Sequence record: ON470584
Length of the DNA stretch: 43,469 nucleotides
Reading direction: 5' to 3' (one strand)
Source: Escherichia phage vB_EcoM-689R6
In this document: one piece after another, positions 9,974 through 20,410 of the stretch
Numbering within the stretch: position 1 is the first letter of the stretch
How the letters are laid out: every line of letters begins with the position of its first letter
Program-made: the position numbers and the translations under genes
The notes under the pieces: generated by a model
The model's input: the letters and a program-made list of their open reading frames with translations, nothing else
What the model was told of the DNA's origin: nothing
The model's database searches: none

Positions 9974-11466
9974 TATGCAGACTCCTCTGAATACTGAAGA
10001 CGGAACTGGTTAACCACGGCAAAGACACGCAACTGGTTAACATAGTCAGGCGGGAACAGCGTGTTCAGGCGGTTCGGATCGCTGGCATCACGCTCCACAA
10101 CCAGGTACTGCTTAAACAGTTCGTAGTTTTCCACGATCCCCGCACGCTCAAGCTGACGGTAGGTTGCCAGCAGTTCCCCTTTGATCACCGCCGGGGTGAC
10201 AATCGCCTGACCGGGACCAAAGCGGGTACCGTCGCTGGCAAGCTTGTGACGCCCGTACTTACTGGTAATGACGGATTTCAGTTTGCGCAGTACATACGCA
10301 CTGGTATACAGCGTCTCGCTGTCGAGATAGCTGTTATCCGCAACCCCGTAAGCGTTTTTCCTGTACGTGGTGACATCACGCTGAATGCGCAGTACCCCGC
10401 TTTCGACATACGCCGTTGCCACGCCATGAGACAGCAGGGTCTGTTGTTCGGTCATCGTGAACCGTTTCCCCTTCGGCGCAGGCAGCATACCCACCAGCTC
10501 ACCGGTCTGCGTGGGACGTGCCGGATCGTTGCGGATAAACACCGCTGCGCGGGCGGTACGGCTTGCCGCCAGCTCATCGGCAGGCGTCTGGGTGTCTTTT
10601 TCGTACCCCGCCAGGGTAATGTGCTGCTGGTTAAACTGGTCACCTGCGGTCACCAGTTCTGACAGCGTGCCGATCTTTGCCGTATACACATGACCATACA
10701 GCTGACGCGCATAGCTCCAGCGACCGCTGGTATCGTTCATCTCGGTCACCAGCGTGTTAACGGAGGCCGTGTCGTTGAACGGCAGGCCGATATAATCAAA
10801 CGGCTCATCCGCCATTGCAGCCACCGCGCCGGTGAGAACCGGAGCACCCGTTCCGGCGGTACCCGTCGCCACGGCAATCTGTACGCCCGCTGGCAGCACT
10901 TCGCCCCCACCAAAGCCGTAGTAATTGAGGCTGACAGGAATTTCATTCCCGCAAAGCCCCTTATGACGCGCGGTCAGTGTGACCACGCCAGCCGAAGATG
11001 AGGCCGTAAACGGCAGGGCCGGAACGGCATTGATGGCATCCTGGATACTGCTGGCAATCGTCGCAACGTTATCGCCGTTGGTCACCGGTGCCTGCACGCG
11101 GGTACGTCCCACATAAACATTCACCGTGCCGCTTTCGGTTGCTTCCCCGGTCACCGTCAGCGTAACCGTTGCCGCCGCGCCTGTGGCTTCCGGAACGGCA
11201 ATCACATACAGCTCACCAAACGGGTCGGTCTGGCGATAAGCCTCGACCATACGCGCCAGCTGACTTCCCGCACCACAAATCTGGCGTGCATAGTCTGCCG
11301 ATGGCATCAGCACCAGACTGTTGGCAACAATCTCTGCACCGTTATTGGCATGACCAATCAGCAGCGATGCTCCGCTGTCCTGTGCAGTATTCGCCGCCGA
11401 GTTATCCATTTCCGCATAAAAAATCGGAACCAGCGTATTTGACGGAATGGTGTTAAAGCTCGTCAT
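9973..11466 (-). CDS. Contractile tail sheath protein
   Basis: 497 aa; size and position upstream of tube/chaperone/tape measure fit a myovirus sheath. Confidence 0.8.
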   Translation of the reverse strand: MTSFNTIPSNTLVPIFYAEMDNSAANTAQDSGASLLIGHANNGAEIVANSLVLMPSADYARQICGAGSQLARMVEAYRQTDPFGELYVIAVPEATGAAATVTLTVTGEATESGTVNVYVGRTRVQAPVTNGDNVATIASSIQDAINAVPALPFTASSSAGVVTLTARHKGLCGNEIPVSLNYYGFGGGEVLPAGVQIAVATGTAGTGAPVLTGAVAAMADEPFDYIGLPFNDTASVNTLVTEMNDTSGRWSYARQLYGHVYTAKIGTLSELVTAGDQFNQQHITLAGYEKDTQTPADELAASRTARAAVFIRNDPARPTQTGELVGMLPAPKGKRFTMTEQQTLLSHGVATAYVESGVLRIQRDVTTYRKNAYGVADNSYLDSETLYTSAYVLRKLKSVITSKYGRHKLASDGTRFGPGQAIVTPAVIKGELLATYRQLERAGIVENYELFKQYLVVERDASDPNRLNTLFPPDYVNQLRVFAVVNQFRLQYSEESA

Positions 11467-11620
11467 CGGTATTCACCTTTTCATTCACGCGCCGGATATC
11501 ACCCGCTGCTTCACGGCGCAGCCAGTAGTTGTTCTCGTCAACATTTCGCCCTTCGGTGGGCAAAAGGTCACCGCGGGCAGGGTCAGGCACTGACCGCCCT
11601 TTAACAGGTTTCACAAACAT
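11453..11620 (-). CDS. Small hypothetical protein preceding the sheath gene
   Basis: 55-aa ORF (MFVKPVKGRSVPDPARGDLLPTEG...) found by manual translation, not in the ORF track; its stop overlaps the sheath start. Confidence 0.3.
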   Translation of the reverse strand: MFVKPVKGRSVPDPARGDLLPTEGRNVDENNYWLRREAAGDIRRVNEKVNTDDEL

Positions 11621-11628
11621 GAAGATTC

Positions 11629-12189
11629 TCAGGAAGGAAGGGTTATTTCGGTGTGATGTTCGATATCGCCGTCAGGCCCGTTACCGGGATCGAGATAATC
11701 AACATCAATCGCCAGCGTTTGCAGTTCATCCAGACTGTTCAGATCATCCTGCTGGCGGGTATCGTCTTCAGTCAGCTCGCTGATGACCGAAAAATCGAAC
11801 TGATAAATCAGCTCATGACGATTCAGATCCAGCAGCGTGCCGCCGTCATAGGTAATCGGGTTACCGCACGCCTCCGGGTTCCAGCCCAGCAGAGCCTTAA
11901 AGAGCATCTGCCGGACATCGTCCACCACATCATACGAGGCAAACTGACCGCGCTCATCACGCCCGTTACTCAGTATGACAACCACGGAGAAACCCTCTTT
12001 CAGCTCCTGCCAGTAGTCGGTCTGGCTTTTGTTTTCTCCCGGAGAATCATCACCCGGTACAACATATGCCGCAGGGAGTTTCAGCTTTCCGACCTCCGGC
12101 AGATTTTTGAACTGGGCCGCGCCTGCAACCCGGTATTCAAAATACGGACAGCGGGCACGCAGTGCAGCAATAACAGGCGTCAGTTTCAT
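11629..12189 (-). CDS. Tail completion / head-tail joining protein (Mu gp37-like position)
   Basis: 186 aa ORF in the head-tail joining block; overlaps the upstream gene by 4 nt. Confidence 0.45.
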   Translation of the reverse strand: MKLTPVIAALRARCPYFEYRVAGAAQFKNLPEVGKLKLPAAYVVPGDDSPGENKSQTDYWQELKEGFSVVVILSNGRDERGQFASYDVVDDVRQMLFKALLGWNPEACGNPITYDGGTLLDLNRHELIYQFDFSVISELTEDDTRQQDDLNSLDELQTLAIDVDYLDPGNGPDGDIEHHTEITLPS

Positions 12190-12692
12190 CTGTGTCGTCG
12201 CTCCGGCTTCAGTGATTTACGCAATTCCCGCGCCAGAAAATAGCGTGTCCAGCTGCGGTTCTTTTCAAGCGTTTCCACCATGAAGTTATTACGTGGAGCC
12301 AGTCGCCAGCCGCTGCCACCGGATGCACCACGATGATGGCTGCGACGACGCTTTGCCCCTCGCCTCACGCCATAGAACAAAAAAGCCGGATAAAAATCAC
12401 CGGTGATACGGCGGTTTCCCTCTCCATTACGCTGGTTAGGGGCTATACGTGCCATAAAACCAGGGCGATGTTTACTGGCTCTGGGTACCATGTAACCAAT
12501 CGAACGAGCCAGGCGTCCGGTCTGATAACCGGGGTTTTCACCCGGTGCCGACCGCGCACGGCGCATCACCAGCCGACGGGCATCACGCATATGACGCTGA
12601 CCAATCGTGACAAACGCCCGCCGGACACGGGCGCGGTTAAAGCGCATCTCCGCGGGCTGCTGAAAATCAACGTGCAAAAAGGAAGTCGTCAT
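12186..12692 (-). CDS. Virion morphogenesis / tail component (HK97 gp10-like)
   Basis: 168 aa, highly basic; located in the head-tail joining block. Confidence 0.45.
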   Translation of the reverse strand: MTTSFLHVDFQQPAEMRFNRARVRRAFVTIGQRHMRDARRLVMRRARSAPGENPGYQTGRLARSIGYMVPRASKHRPGFMARIAPNQRNGEGNRRITGDFYPAFLFYGVRRGAKRRRSHHRGASGGSGWRLAPRNNFMVETLEKNRSWTRYFLARELRKSLKPERRHR

Positions 12693-13077
12693 TGTTGCCT
12701 CCGTGACTCTGCCTACATTCGCCCAGCTCCGTACACTCCAGCAGCAGAAAGCGCCGCGCCCCGTTCAGATCGCGCTGACGTTTCACCCGGTACACACTGT
12801 CACCGCAGACCACCTCATAATCAGCGGTGATCCCCCGGCGGTAACGAATGGTGATGTAATGGGTGATGGCGTCCCCGGTCTGCGCGGTTTCCTGCCAGGT
12901 GGTGGCACTGGTCTGGATAACCTTCGCCCATGTCCGGAACGTAACCGGGTATTGAGGCTCCACGCCAAAGTTATCCGCGGGCATATCCACCCGCAGGCGG
13001 ATCAGGACGCGTTTATTCAGTTCACCGGGGTCCGGCAGAATGTAGGTTGCGCTGGTCTGCGCCTGACGAATTTTCAT
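12667..13077 (-). CDS. Head-tail adaptor / head closure protein
   Basis: 136 aa ORF following the gp6-like connector gene. Confidence 0.55.
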   Translation of the reverse strand: MKIRQAQTSATYILPDPGELNKRVLIRLRVDMPADNFGVEPQYPVTFRTWAKVIQTSATTWQETAQTGDAITHYITIRYRRGITADYEVVCGDSVYRVKRQRDLNGARRFLLLECTELGECRQSHGGNNDDFLFAR

Positions 13078-13397
13078 TGCGGAAAGTACCTGTACGGGCC
13101 GACAAGCCAGCCAAAACTCTGCGGCATGTCGAGTTTCTCCACTTCCGTAACCGACGAGCGGTTTTCGTAAAAATGGCTGATAAGCATCAGCATCCCCAGA
13201 CGAATATCATCCGGCAGGTGCAGCCCGTCCGGATCGCTGTCCGGAATGGTTTCATCCGGTGCATAGAGCTTCCGGTTCAGATACGTTTCCGTCCGCTTTT
13301 GTGCCGCATAGGCCAGCAGTTGCAGATGGCGGTCATCAGCATCGAAATCCTCATCCAGCCGGAGTTGGGCTTTAATCTCTTCCATTGTCAGAAGCAT
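13074..13397 (-). CDS. Head-tail connector protein (gp6-like)
   Basis: 107 aa, acidic (MLLTMEEIKAQLRLDEDFDADDRHLQLL...); position after the capsid gene. Confidence 0.55.
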   Translation of the reverse strand: MLLTMEEIKAQLRLDEDFDADDRHLQLLAYAAQKRTETYLNRKLYAPDETIPDSDPDGLHLPDDIRLGMLMLISHFYENRSSVTEVEKLDMPQSFGWLVGPYRYFPQ

Positions 13398-13399
13398 AC

Positions 13400-13600
13400 T
13401 CAGCCCTCTTTACTGGTCGTGGCTTTTTTCTCTTTTGTCGCTTTACTGCTTTTTGCACTGGTTCCGCGCTCTGCTAACCCGGCCTGAAGTGCAACCTCCT
13501 GCACCCGGGCAGGAAGCGCCCCGTCGTCATACTCACCGGCCCGAATGACCTCAACACGCATACCGTCCGGTGACCATTTCAGATCTTGTTTCAGGATCAT
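13400..13600 (-). CDS. Hypothetical small protein (head module)
   Basis: 66 aa ORF with Lys/Ser/Thr-rich C-terminus, between the capsid and connector genes. Confidence 0.35.
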   Translation of the reverse strand: MILKQDLKWSPDGMRVEVIRAGEYDDGALPARVQEVALQAGLAERGTSAKSSKATKEKKATTSKEG

Positions 13601-13648
13601 GATTCTTCACCCATCAGAACAGGGGCGCGGTTCCGCGCCCCTGAGTGA

Positions 13649-14854
13649 TTACGCCACTGCAATCTTCAGCAGTTTGATGGCCTGCGAATCGACCAGCATG
13701 CCGCCGGTGCGTTTGGTGGTATAAAAACCGACAAACGGTTTATTGGTGTACGGGTCACGCAGAATGCGGGTGCCGATACGGTCAACGATGGTGTAACCCC
13801 GTTTGAAGTTACCAAATGCAATGGCTTTCGCATCAGCGGCGATATCCGGCATCTGTTCGTTTTCAGCGATACCGTAACCCGCCAGAGAGGACGGCTGCCC
13901 CAGTTCCAGCCCCGGACGCCACAGATAGTTACCCTCGGTGTCTTTCAGCAGACGGATGGCAAACAGGCTGTTGTTGTTCATCATGAACTTCGCGCCAGTG
14001 CGGTGTGCCTTTCGCAGCGTGTAAATCAGTTTGATAATGGCGTCTGCGGTCACCGCAGTCGCGTCGCCGGATACAATATGCTGAAGTTTGCCGAACGCCC
14101 GGACCTTATCGGTTTCATCCGTGGATTCATACGCCAGGAACCCTTTCGGCTTCTTGGTACCATCGCCGGTGGTAAAGGCAATTTCTTCCTGTTCGGCAAA
14201 TTCGGTTGCCAGCTCGCTGTTGATCCAGGCCTCCACGTTGAAAAAGGCATCATCCAGCATTTTCTGGGTGGCCTGCGGGTTACCGTAGATTTCCCCCATG
14301 AAAGGTTCAATCAGCCCCAGTTTTGAGGTGGCAGTCTGGGAGCGCGCGTCAGTCTCGCCAACCCATCCGGAAGCCGTGCCGCCCAGATTCACCAGTTTTT
14401 TGTAGTCGGAACCACCAACGGTGATCACCGTGGCTTCCTGACGCATCACCACTTCATCTTTCAGCAGGTTAAGAATGTTGCGATCCAGTTCTTCCGGCAC
14501 GGCGTAGCCACCGTCTTCATCGGTGCCCACCTGCAATGCCTTACGCTCCAGATCGCGCAGACCGTCTTCACGGCCTTTACGCAGGAAGCCCACAAACGCC
14601 TCTTTATGCTCGGTGGCCAGTTTATTTTGCGCACCACCTGCCGGACGTTTCAGCTCAAGCAGCTCTTTTTCAAGATCGCTTTTGAGGTTTTCCAGCTCGC
14701 TGAGTTTCCCGTTCAGGGTTTCCACCTGCCCGGCAAGTTTGCCTTTTTCCTGCTCAATCGCATCCACGCGCTTGTCGTTCTTTGCTTTGAAGTCGTCAAA
14801 CTTCTGCTGCAGCTCCTGCGCGACCTGTTCGACATCTTTAATATCAACCGCCAT
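13649..14854 (-). CDS. Major capsid protein, HK97 family
   Basis: 401 aa with coiled-coil N-terminal scaffold-like delta domain (LNGKLSELENLKSDLEKELLELK) followed by a capsid body; preceded by protease and portal genes. Confidence 0.85.
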   Translation of the reverse strand: MAVDIKDVEQVAQELQQKFDDFKAKNDKRVDAIEQEKGKLAGQVETLNGKLSELENLKSDLEKELLELKRPAGGAQNKLATEHKEAFVGFLRKGREDGLRDLERKALQVGTDEDGGYAVPEELDRNILNLLKDEVVMRQEATVITVGGSDYKKLVNLGGTASGWVGETDARSQTATSKLGLIEPFMGEIYGNPQATQKMLDDAFFNVEAWINSELATEFAEQEEIAFTTGDGTKKPKGFLAYESTDETDKVRAFGKLQHIVSGDATAVTADAIIKLIYTLRKAHRTGAKFMMNNNSLFAIRLLKDTEGNYLWRPGLELGQPSSLAGYGIAENEQMPDIAADAKAIAFGNFKRGYTIVDRIGTRILRDPYTNKPFVGFYTTKRTGGMLVDSQAIKLLKIAVA

Positions 14855-14868
14855 CGTATTTCTCCTGA

Positions 14869-15555
14869 TTAGAAGTTCAGATTTTTCAGTGCATTCAGTG
14901 CAGAGCCCACATCCTCAGCGTCGCGCAGGGACAGTGCGCCATAGCCCCCGGCCATGAATGCTTTGGCCTGGGTACGGGAGAGTCCGACATCACGCAGGAC
15001 TCTTTCGATTTTTTTCTGTTCGGGGATTTCCCCGCGGGCCAGCGCGTTCTTGACGTCGCTGATCCGCGCCTCGTCGTTAGACGGAAACGTCACCAGACTG
15101 ACTTCCCAGAGGTCGATTTCTTTCAGCAGAAAGGCTTCTTTCGTCTGGTCGTATTCCCAGTCCTTCAGGACGTACCCAATAGAAAGGCCGGTTAACGAAC
15201 CGGCCTTCATGTGTGCATGTGCGCGTTTTGCCAGAGGATCATCATCAATGAGCAACCGCCCCCTGACGTAAAGCCCGACATCGTCTTCCTTCATTTCGGT
15301 GTAAACACCGATGGGCTCATCCATGCGGTGCTGCCAGAGCAGCGCAGGTAACGCTTTTCTGTCACTCCACGCCCGCAGGGAAGCAGCAAATGCCCCGGAC
15401 ATCACCACATCATCGTGGCTGTCCTTTACACCAAAGACGGAGCCATACCCTTCAAACTCACCGGAGTCACTGACAGATTTCAGACTCAGCGGTACATCAA
15501 GACGTTGTTTCGTCTGCATTGGCGTTATCCTTCTGCTTACCGGCTTTACTGCCAT
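14869..15555 (-). CDS. Prohead protease, HK97 family
   Basis: About 216-228 aa between portal and capsid. The likely true start is the internal Met at 15519 (MQTKQRL...), just after the portal stop. Confidence 0.8.
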   Translation of the reverse strand: MAVKPVSRRITPMQTKQRLDVPLSLKSVSDSGEFEGYGSVFGVKDSHDDVVMSGAFAASLRAWSDRKALPALLWQHRMDEPIGVYTEMKEDDVGLYVRGRLLIDDDPLAKRAHAHMKAGSLTGLSIGYVLKDWEYDQTKEAFLLKEIDLWEVSLVTFPSNDEARISDVKNALARGEIPEQKKIERVLRDVGLSRTQAKAFMAGGYGALSLRDAEDVGSALNALKNLNF

Positions 15556-16738
15556 CGGAGGGTTTCGTGGTCATGTTCATCGGTGTGAGATAGACATCCC
15601 CACCGGGACGCGGATTCATATCTTCCAGGTCGCGGCAGTCATTGGGAGAGTAAATTCCCCAGTTAATCCCGGTGGCGTAGGCTTCAAAACGGGACTTCAT
15701 ATCCCCGCGCAGTAACGCCCCGGCGTTAAATTTGGCGTAATAAACGCCCTGCTTACTTTTTCGTACCAGTCCGGTGTTGATCCGCTGTTCGATGCGGGTC
15801 AGATACGGCACCAGTGAATAGTTGATAAATCCGAGCCCCAGTTCTTCGATATTGTTGAAGGTGGCGCGATCGGTGTTCTGCACCATGTGCAACGGTACCC
15901 GGAACAGACGACAGATTTCTTCAAGCTGAAACTTGCGGGTTTCCAGGAACTGGCTGTCCTCGGCGTTCAGCGCCATCGACTTCCAGTCCAGCCCCATCTC
16001 AAGGATCATCGGGCGGTGAGCATTGCCAAGCCCGGTGTGACGCTCCTCAAAATCTTTCTTCAGGCGCTCATAAGCCTGATCTGACAGCGTCTGCTCTGTA
16101 CGCAACACACCCGACGTCACCGCACCATTGCTGAACAGTCTGGCCCCGTGCTCTTCAGTCGCTGCCGCCAGCGATATTGCCTCGCGGGCATAGGCGACGG
16201 GATTCAGCCCCACCAGTCCGTCCAGCGTCAGCGTGCGCACATGCCAGATATCCTCCTGGCTCAGCACATCCGTGGAGCCGTCCGGGAATGTGACCTGATA
16301 GACCGGCTCCCAGCTACTGTTAAGCTTCGGTACCACACAGCCGGGATCGACGGGCAGCAGTTCAGCCACTTCGCCAAATGCTTTCACTTTGTAGGCGTAA
16401 AAGTTTCCCCGCAGGCACAGACAGGTGACCACCAGCTCCCAGAACTCCTGCGGCGTCATATAGCCATTGGGATGCGTGGAGATCAGCTTATGCAGACGTT
16501 CGCCGGTGGCCCTCTGTTTCAGGCTGCCGTTCAGGTGATACAGATTGCAGGGCAACATCCCGACCGACTCTGCCAGCACCCTGACGCAGGAAAAAACCGC
16601 CGTCAGTCGCATGGCCCGCTGGCTGCTGATCTGCTTTCCGGTATAGGTGTCATATGACAGCCCGATAGCATCCGCCAGCTCTGCTGGCGTGGTCACCGGC
16701 GCGTCACTTTTTCGTTGAAATAATCCCGAAAAGAACAC
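15497..16738 (-). CDS. Portal protein, HK97 family
   Basis: 413 aa, downstream of the large terminase gene. Confidence 0.85.
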   Translation of the reverse strand: MFFSGLFQRKSDAPVTTPAELADAIGLSYDTYTGKQISSQRAMRLTAVFSCVRVLAESVGMLPCNLYHLNGSLKQRATGERLHKLISTHPNGYMTPQEFWELVVTCLCLRGNFYAYKVKAFGEVAELLPVDPGCVVPKLNSSWEPVYQVTFPDGSTDVLSQEDIWHVRTLTLDGLVGLNPVAYAREAISLAAATEEHGARLFSNGAVTSGVLRTEQTLSDQAYERLKKDFEERHTGLGNAHRPMILEMGLDWKSMALNAEDSQFLETRKFQLEEICRLFRVPLHMVQNTDRATFNNIEELGLGFINYSLVPYLTRIEQRINTGLVRKSKQGVYYAKFNAGALLRGDMKSRFEAYATGINWGIYSPNDCRDLEDMNPRPGGDVYLTPMNMTTKPSDGSKAGKQKDNANADETTS

Positions 16739-16920
16739 TATTTACCTCCGCCGACAGACGACTGTGTACGGTCAAGATATCGCGCCACCAGCCACGACCA
16801 GAACAGGCACAACGCCCCGGCAACAACAAACCCCGCCGGGGGATAAATCAGCCAGGCACCATACGCCAGCAAAAGCGCCCCCAGCACGCCCACCAGAGGC
16901 GCGAGAATCAGCATGATCAT
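16738..16920 (-). CDS. Small membrane protein (two predicted TM helices)
   Basis: 60-aa hydrophobic ORF between the terminase large subunit and portal genes; 1-nt overlap with the portal start. Confidence 0.35.
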
Positions 16921-16931
16921 AATTACCTCAG

Positions 16932-18665
16932 TTAAAGCGAGCGGATCCCATAGGACTCAATGTGGTCAGACAACGTGTCTTCTTTCTCGTACAGCATGGC
17001 TCTGCCAACCGCCATAATCAGCGCAACTGCACCATCGATTTTGTTTTCCGCCTGCTCTTTAACGGGCTTCACCACATCATCGTTACCCGGAATGGTTTTG
17101 CCGACCACGTTGCCGATACACCAGGTCATGATGGGATTGCCATCATGATGAAAGCGCCCCGATTCAATTGCCGCTTCCAGCTCTTTCATCGGGTCGGACA
17201 TGTTGGTGTAGTTCTGAATGATAGTGATGGGGTTCAGGTCTTCATCAGCAAGGTCATGTGACAACCCGGTCGCCCCGAAGGGGTCGATGGGTGACTCACT
17301 GACCGGGCTGATTTTGTTCGCCGCTTTGGCCTCCTCGAGGATGTAGCGATAATCCACCTCCGCACCATCGGTAACGGTCAGAACGCCCATTTCCACCCAT
17401 TTCTGAAAGCGTTCGGCTGTCCGTCGATCTTCATTTTTCTCGACGCTGTACACCGTGTCATACGGTACCCAGAAACGCGGGGCCACACTGTAGTAATGCG
17501 TTTTACCGTCAATCTCGCGGGTATAAAGTCGCGCCATGCTGTTCATATCCAGCTTACGCGCCAGGTCAAAGGCCAGAATGCACGGCTGCCCCTCGAACTG
17601 CTCAAGGGTCAGTGATTTATCCTCGCAGCTCTGCCAGCTCACCAGGTTGAAATACGCCGAACGCGCCGACACCCAGATATTGAGGTGTTTTGTTTTAAAG
17701 ACGTTTGCCAGACGGGCGTTATTTTTCGCACGCTGCTGCTGACTTAACAAAAATTCGCGATAAACCGACACGCCAATATTTGGATTGGCTTTTTCCAGCA
17801 CCTGCGGGTCGGTCCAGTCGTCACCTTCATCAACGGTATAGATGATCCCGAACAGTTCATCGTTAGGCACCGAGCCGTTGAGCATCTCGATGACTTCCCG
17901 CCGTTTGTCGTAGCACGGCCCCTCAATGTTGTACCCGGCGGTAGTGATAGCCCACATCAGTGGCTGACGTCGCGCCCCCATCCCGGTAAGCATCGTGGTG
18001 TAAAGCGCATCTGTGGCGTGCTCGTGATATTCATCCACCACCGCACAGTGGGGTGATGAACCATCACCGGGGTTACCGATCAGCGGTTCAAAACGCGCAC
18101 CATCCTCCGGACGGTTCATGTTTGAGGCGTTAACCTCAATCCCGAACGCTTCCGTCAGCATGGGTGTGCGTTTACACATCAGTCTTGCCGGACGAAAGAC
18201 TTCCCATGCCTGTTTCTCCGTCGTGGCACCGGAATACACTTCCGCGCCGAACTCGTTATCACAGGCAAAACAATACAGGGCGACACCGGCAGAGATTGCC
18301 GATTTGCCGTTCTTACGGGGGATTTCGGTATACACCTCACGGAAGCGGCGCAGCCGGGAGCCTTTATTGACCCAGCCAAACGCGCAGCAGATCACAAAGA
18401 GCTGCCACGGCTCCAGCGTGATGGGCATCCTCTTAAATGCCCACTCACCCTTGGTGTGCGGCAACAGCTGAATAAATTTCGCGGCCCGTTCAGCCAGGTC
18501 CTTGTCGAAGCGGTAACGAAACGACTTACTTTTTTCCTCCATTAGGTCATCAAGATGGCGCTGGCAGGCCTGAATCACAAACTGGCAGGCCACAATCTTT
18601 CCGCGCACGACATCACGGGCATACTGATTGGCAGCATTTACGTTGGGGTAAGATTTCCGGCTCAT
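16932..18665 (-). CDS. Terminase large subunit
   Basis: 577 aa; start overlaps the small subunit stop by 4 nt. Confidence 0.85.
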
Positions 18666-19156
18666 GATTCGATGATTTTCAGAAACGGGTTAGTGGCTTT
18701 CTTCTGCCCCGCCAGGCCAATCAGACGCTGGCGGCTGCTGGGGTCGAGTCCGAGCATTGCCCCCGTACTGCTCATCTCGGACTCCTGTTCTTTTTTGGCG
18801 GTCAGCTCCGGATTTTTGACCATACCGCCCATTGCACCGGTGATGGTGTTGCCCTGTCTGGCAATATTTTTCACGGCACGTCGCCAGAACTCGTAGGCCA
18901 CGCACCACCGCTCAAGCACCGCGAGGTCAGTCACGCACAGCAGGCCCTGACCGCAGAGTTCTTTAGTTGTCAGTTGCCACATGATCGTAGCGAGAGGGAG
19001 ATCTTCTTCAGCGAACCACTCCGGTGGCTCAACACCTTTGATGGGCGTAAAAACAGGTTCATCTTTATTCAGGGCTCGCTTGCCGGGGTTTCCGGCCAGC
19101 GCCTTGCGCGCCGTTGGCTTGGGGCGACGCCCGGAACGCCCCGCCGTTCCAGCCAT
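18662..19156 (-). CDS. Terminase small subunit (P27-like)
   Basis: Begins [36 protein letters not shown]. The ORF track extends this into the N run; the ATG at 19156 lies just downstream of the gap and is the probable start. Confidence 0.65.
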   Translation of the reverse strand: MAGTAGRSGRRPKPTARKALAGNPGKRALNKDEPVFTPIKGVEPPEWFAEEDLPLATIMWQLTTKELCGQGLLCVTDLAVLERWCVAYEFWRRAVKNIARQGNTITGAMGGMVKNPELTAKKEQESEMSSTGAMLGLDPSSRQRLIGLAGQKKATNPFLKIIES

Positions 19157-19161
19157 ATGCG

Positions 19162-19185
19162 NNNNNNNNNNNNNNNNNNNNNNNN
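19162..19185. other. Assembly gap (run of 24 N)
   Basis: 24 consecutive N characters in the HNH-terminase intergenic region. Confidence 0.95.
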
Positions 19186-19291
19186 ATTTCATTTTTCGCG
19201 GGTATAAAAAAACGATGGGGCGGGCAGTCCGGAAGACGTCAGGCCGCAGGGATTTGACCCGCCCCTCCCCTCAGGAAGTTGAGAATCATTA

Positions 19292-19642
19292 TCACTTCAA
19301 CCGTTCACGGGCCGTCTTCGCCTTATGACACGGCCAGCACAGACTCTGCAGATTACAGTCGGCATCAGTGCCGCCATGCGCTTTAGGGATGATGTGGTCA
19401 ACGGTTTTCGCTTCACGCACCACACCGGCACGCAGACATAACTGACATAAACCTTTGTCACGTTTCAGTACACGTTCACGGATAGCATCCCATTTCGAAC
19501 CGTAGCCGCGCTGATGACGGGATTGTCCTGGCTTGTATTGCTTCCAGCCTTCGCTTTTGTGGCTTTCGCAGTAGCCTGACGGGTCAGTAGTGGTATGGCG
19601 GCAGCCGCGAACGCGGCAGGATTTTGGGATTCGTGGTGGCAT
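19292..19642 (-). CDS. HNH endonuclease (terminase-associated)
   Basis: 116 aa; Cys-rich with HNH motif (TVDHIIPKAHGGTDADCNLQSLCWPCHKAKT); located just upstream of the terminase small subunit. Confidence 0.8.
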   Translation of the reverse strand: MPPRIPKSCRVRGCRHTTTDPSGYCESHKSEGWKQYKPGQSRHQRGYGSKWDAIRERVLKRDKGLCQLCLRAGVVREAKTVDHIIPKAHGGTDADCNLQSLCWPCHKAKTARERLK

Positions 19643-19699
19643 TGAAGAAAACTCTTTGTAATAAGCATAAAAACCCCATATTGAATGGGGCTTGATGAA

Positions 19700-20206
19700 T
19701 TACTGTCCTAAAGCACTTTTTGCCAATATTGAAGCAATTGAAGCAAACGTCGGATTTTCCAATAGCTTTTGCCAAAGGCTTTTAACCTCTGGATCATTGC
19801 AATGCTCTATAGCATCATGTAGTTGTTGAATGGTTATATTCTTTGTGATCGAATTATCATTACCGGCTTGAAAATCACCACCAGCATTAATAGCACCGTT
19901 AAACGTCAAATGGGTCGTAATCTGCTTCGGCTTCTCTTTTACATCCAATGCCTTCACTATCAATACCGCCAAATGTGAGTAGCCAGGGCAACCAACCTCG
20001 AGACTAATTTGCACCTCGTAATCAAGCACTTCAAATAGTCTTTCCCTGTCGACCATTTTTTGCACAATGATATCGCCGATATTAAATGGGCATAAGTCAC
20101 TTTCAATAGGAATATACAATCGGCCTTTAGATGAGTCACGTTGACCATAATAGGTGGATGAATTAAAGGTAAAAGTATCTGGATAGAAAAATTGATCTGG
20201 TCTCAT
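19700..20206 (-). CDS. Hypothetical protein (AT-rich cargo gene)
   Basis: 168-aa ORF in a markedly AT-rich block between the lysis cassette and the HNH/terminase genes; no recognisable motifs. Confidence 0.5.
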   Translation of the reverse strand: MRPDQFFYPDTFTFNSSTYYGQRDSSKGRLYIPIESDLCPFNIGDIIVQKMVDRERLFEVLDYEVQISLEVGCPGYSHLAVLIVKALDVKEKPKQITTHLTFNGAINAGGDFQAGNDNSITKNITIQQLHDAIEHCNDPEVKSLWQKLLENPTFASIASILAKSALGQ

Positions 20207-20410
20207 AATAGTCCCTTTTGTGTTTTGTGGATATCTCCATTAATTAGACTATTACTTTATCTCTTTTCCCAAATACATACATTCAAAATTAAGAGCATTA
20301 TCACAGATAATTTCGAAGCGATATTGCAATGCCTACCCATGACCTGTATTCAACGAATACGTATCAGAGGAATACCTTGTTCGTTATCTACATGACGATA
20401 AAAATATACA

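Noticed and set aside
10246-11001. Several 60-140 aa ORFs on both strands
   Set aside because: All are embedded in or antisense to the tail sheath gene.
14523-14957. 144-aa Ser-rich ORF on the plus strand
   Set aside because: Antisense to the capsid and protease genes; low-complexity shadow ORF.
18662-19192. Terminase small subunit ORF including translated N characters
   Set aside because: The stretch upstream of ATG 19156 includes the N gap; start reassigned to 19156.
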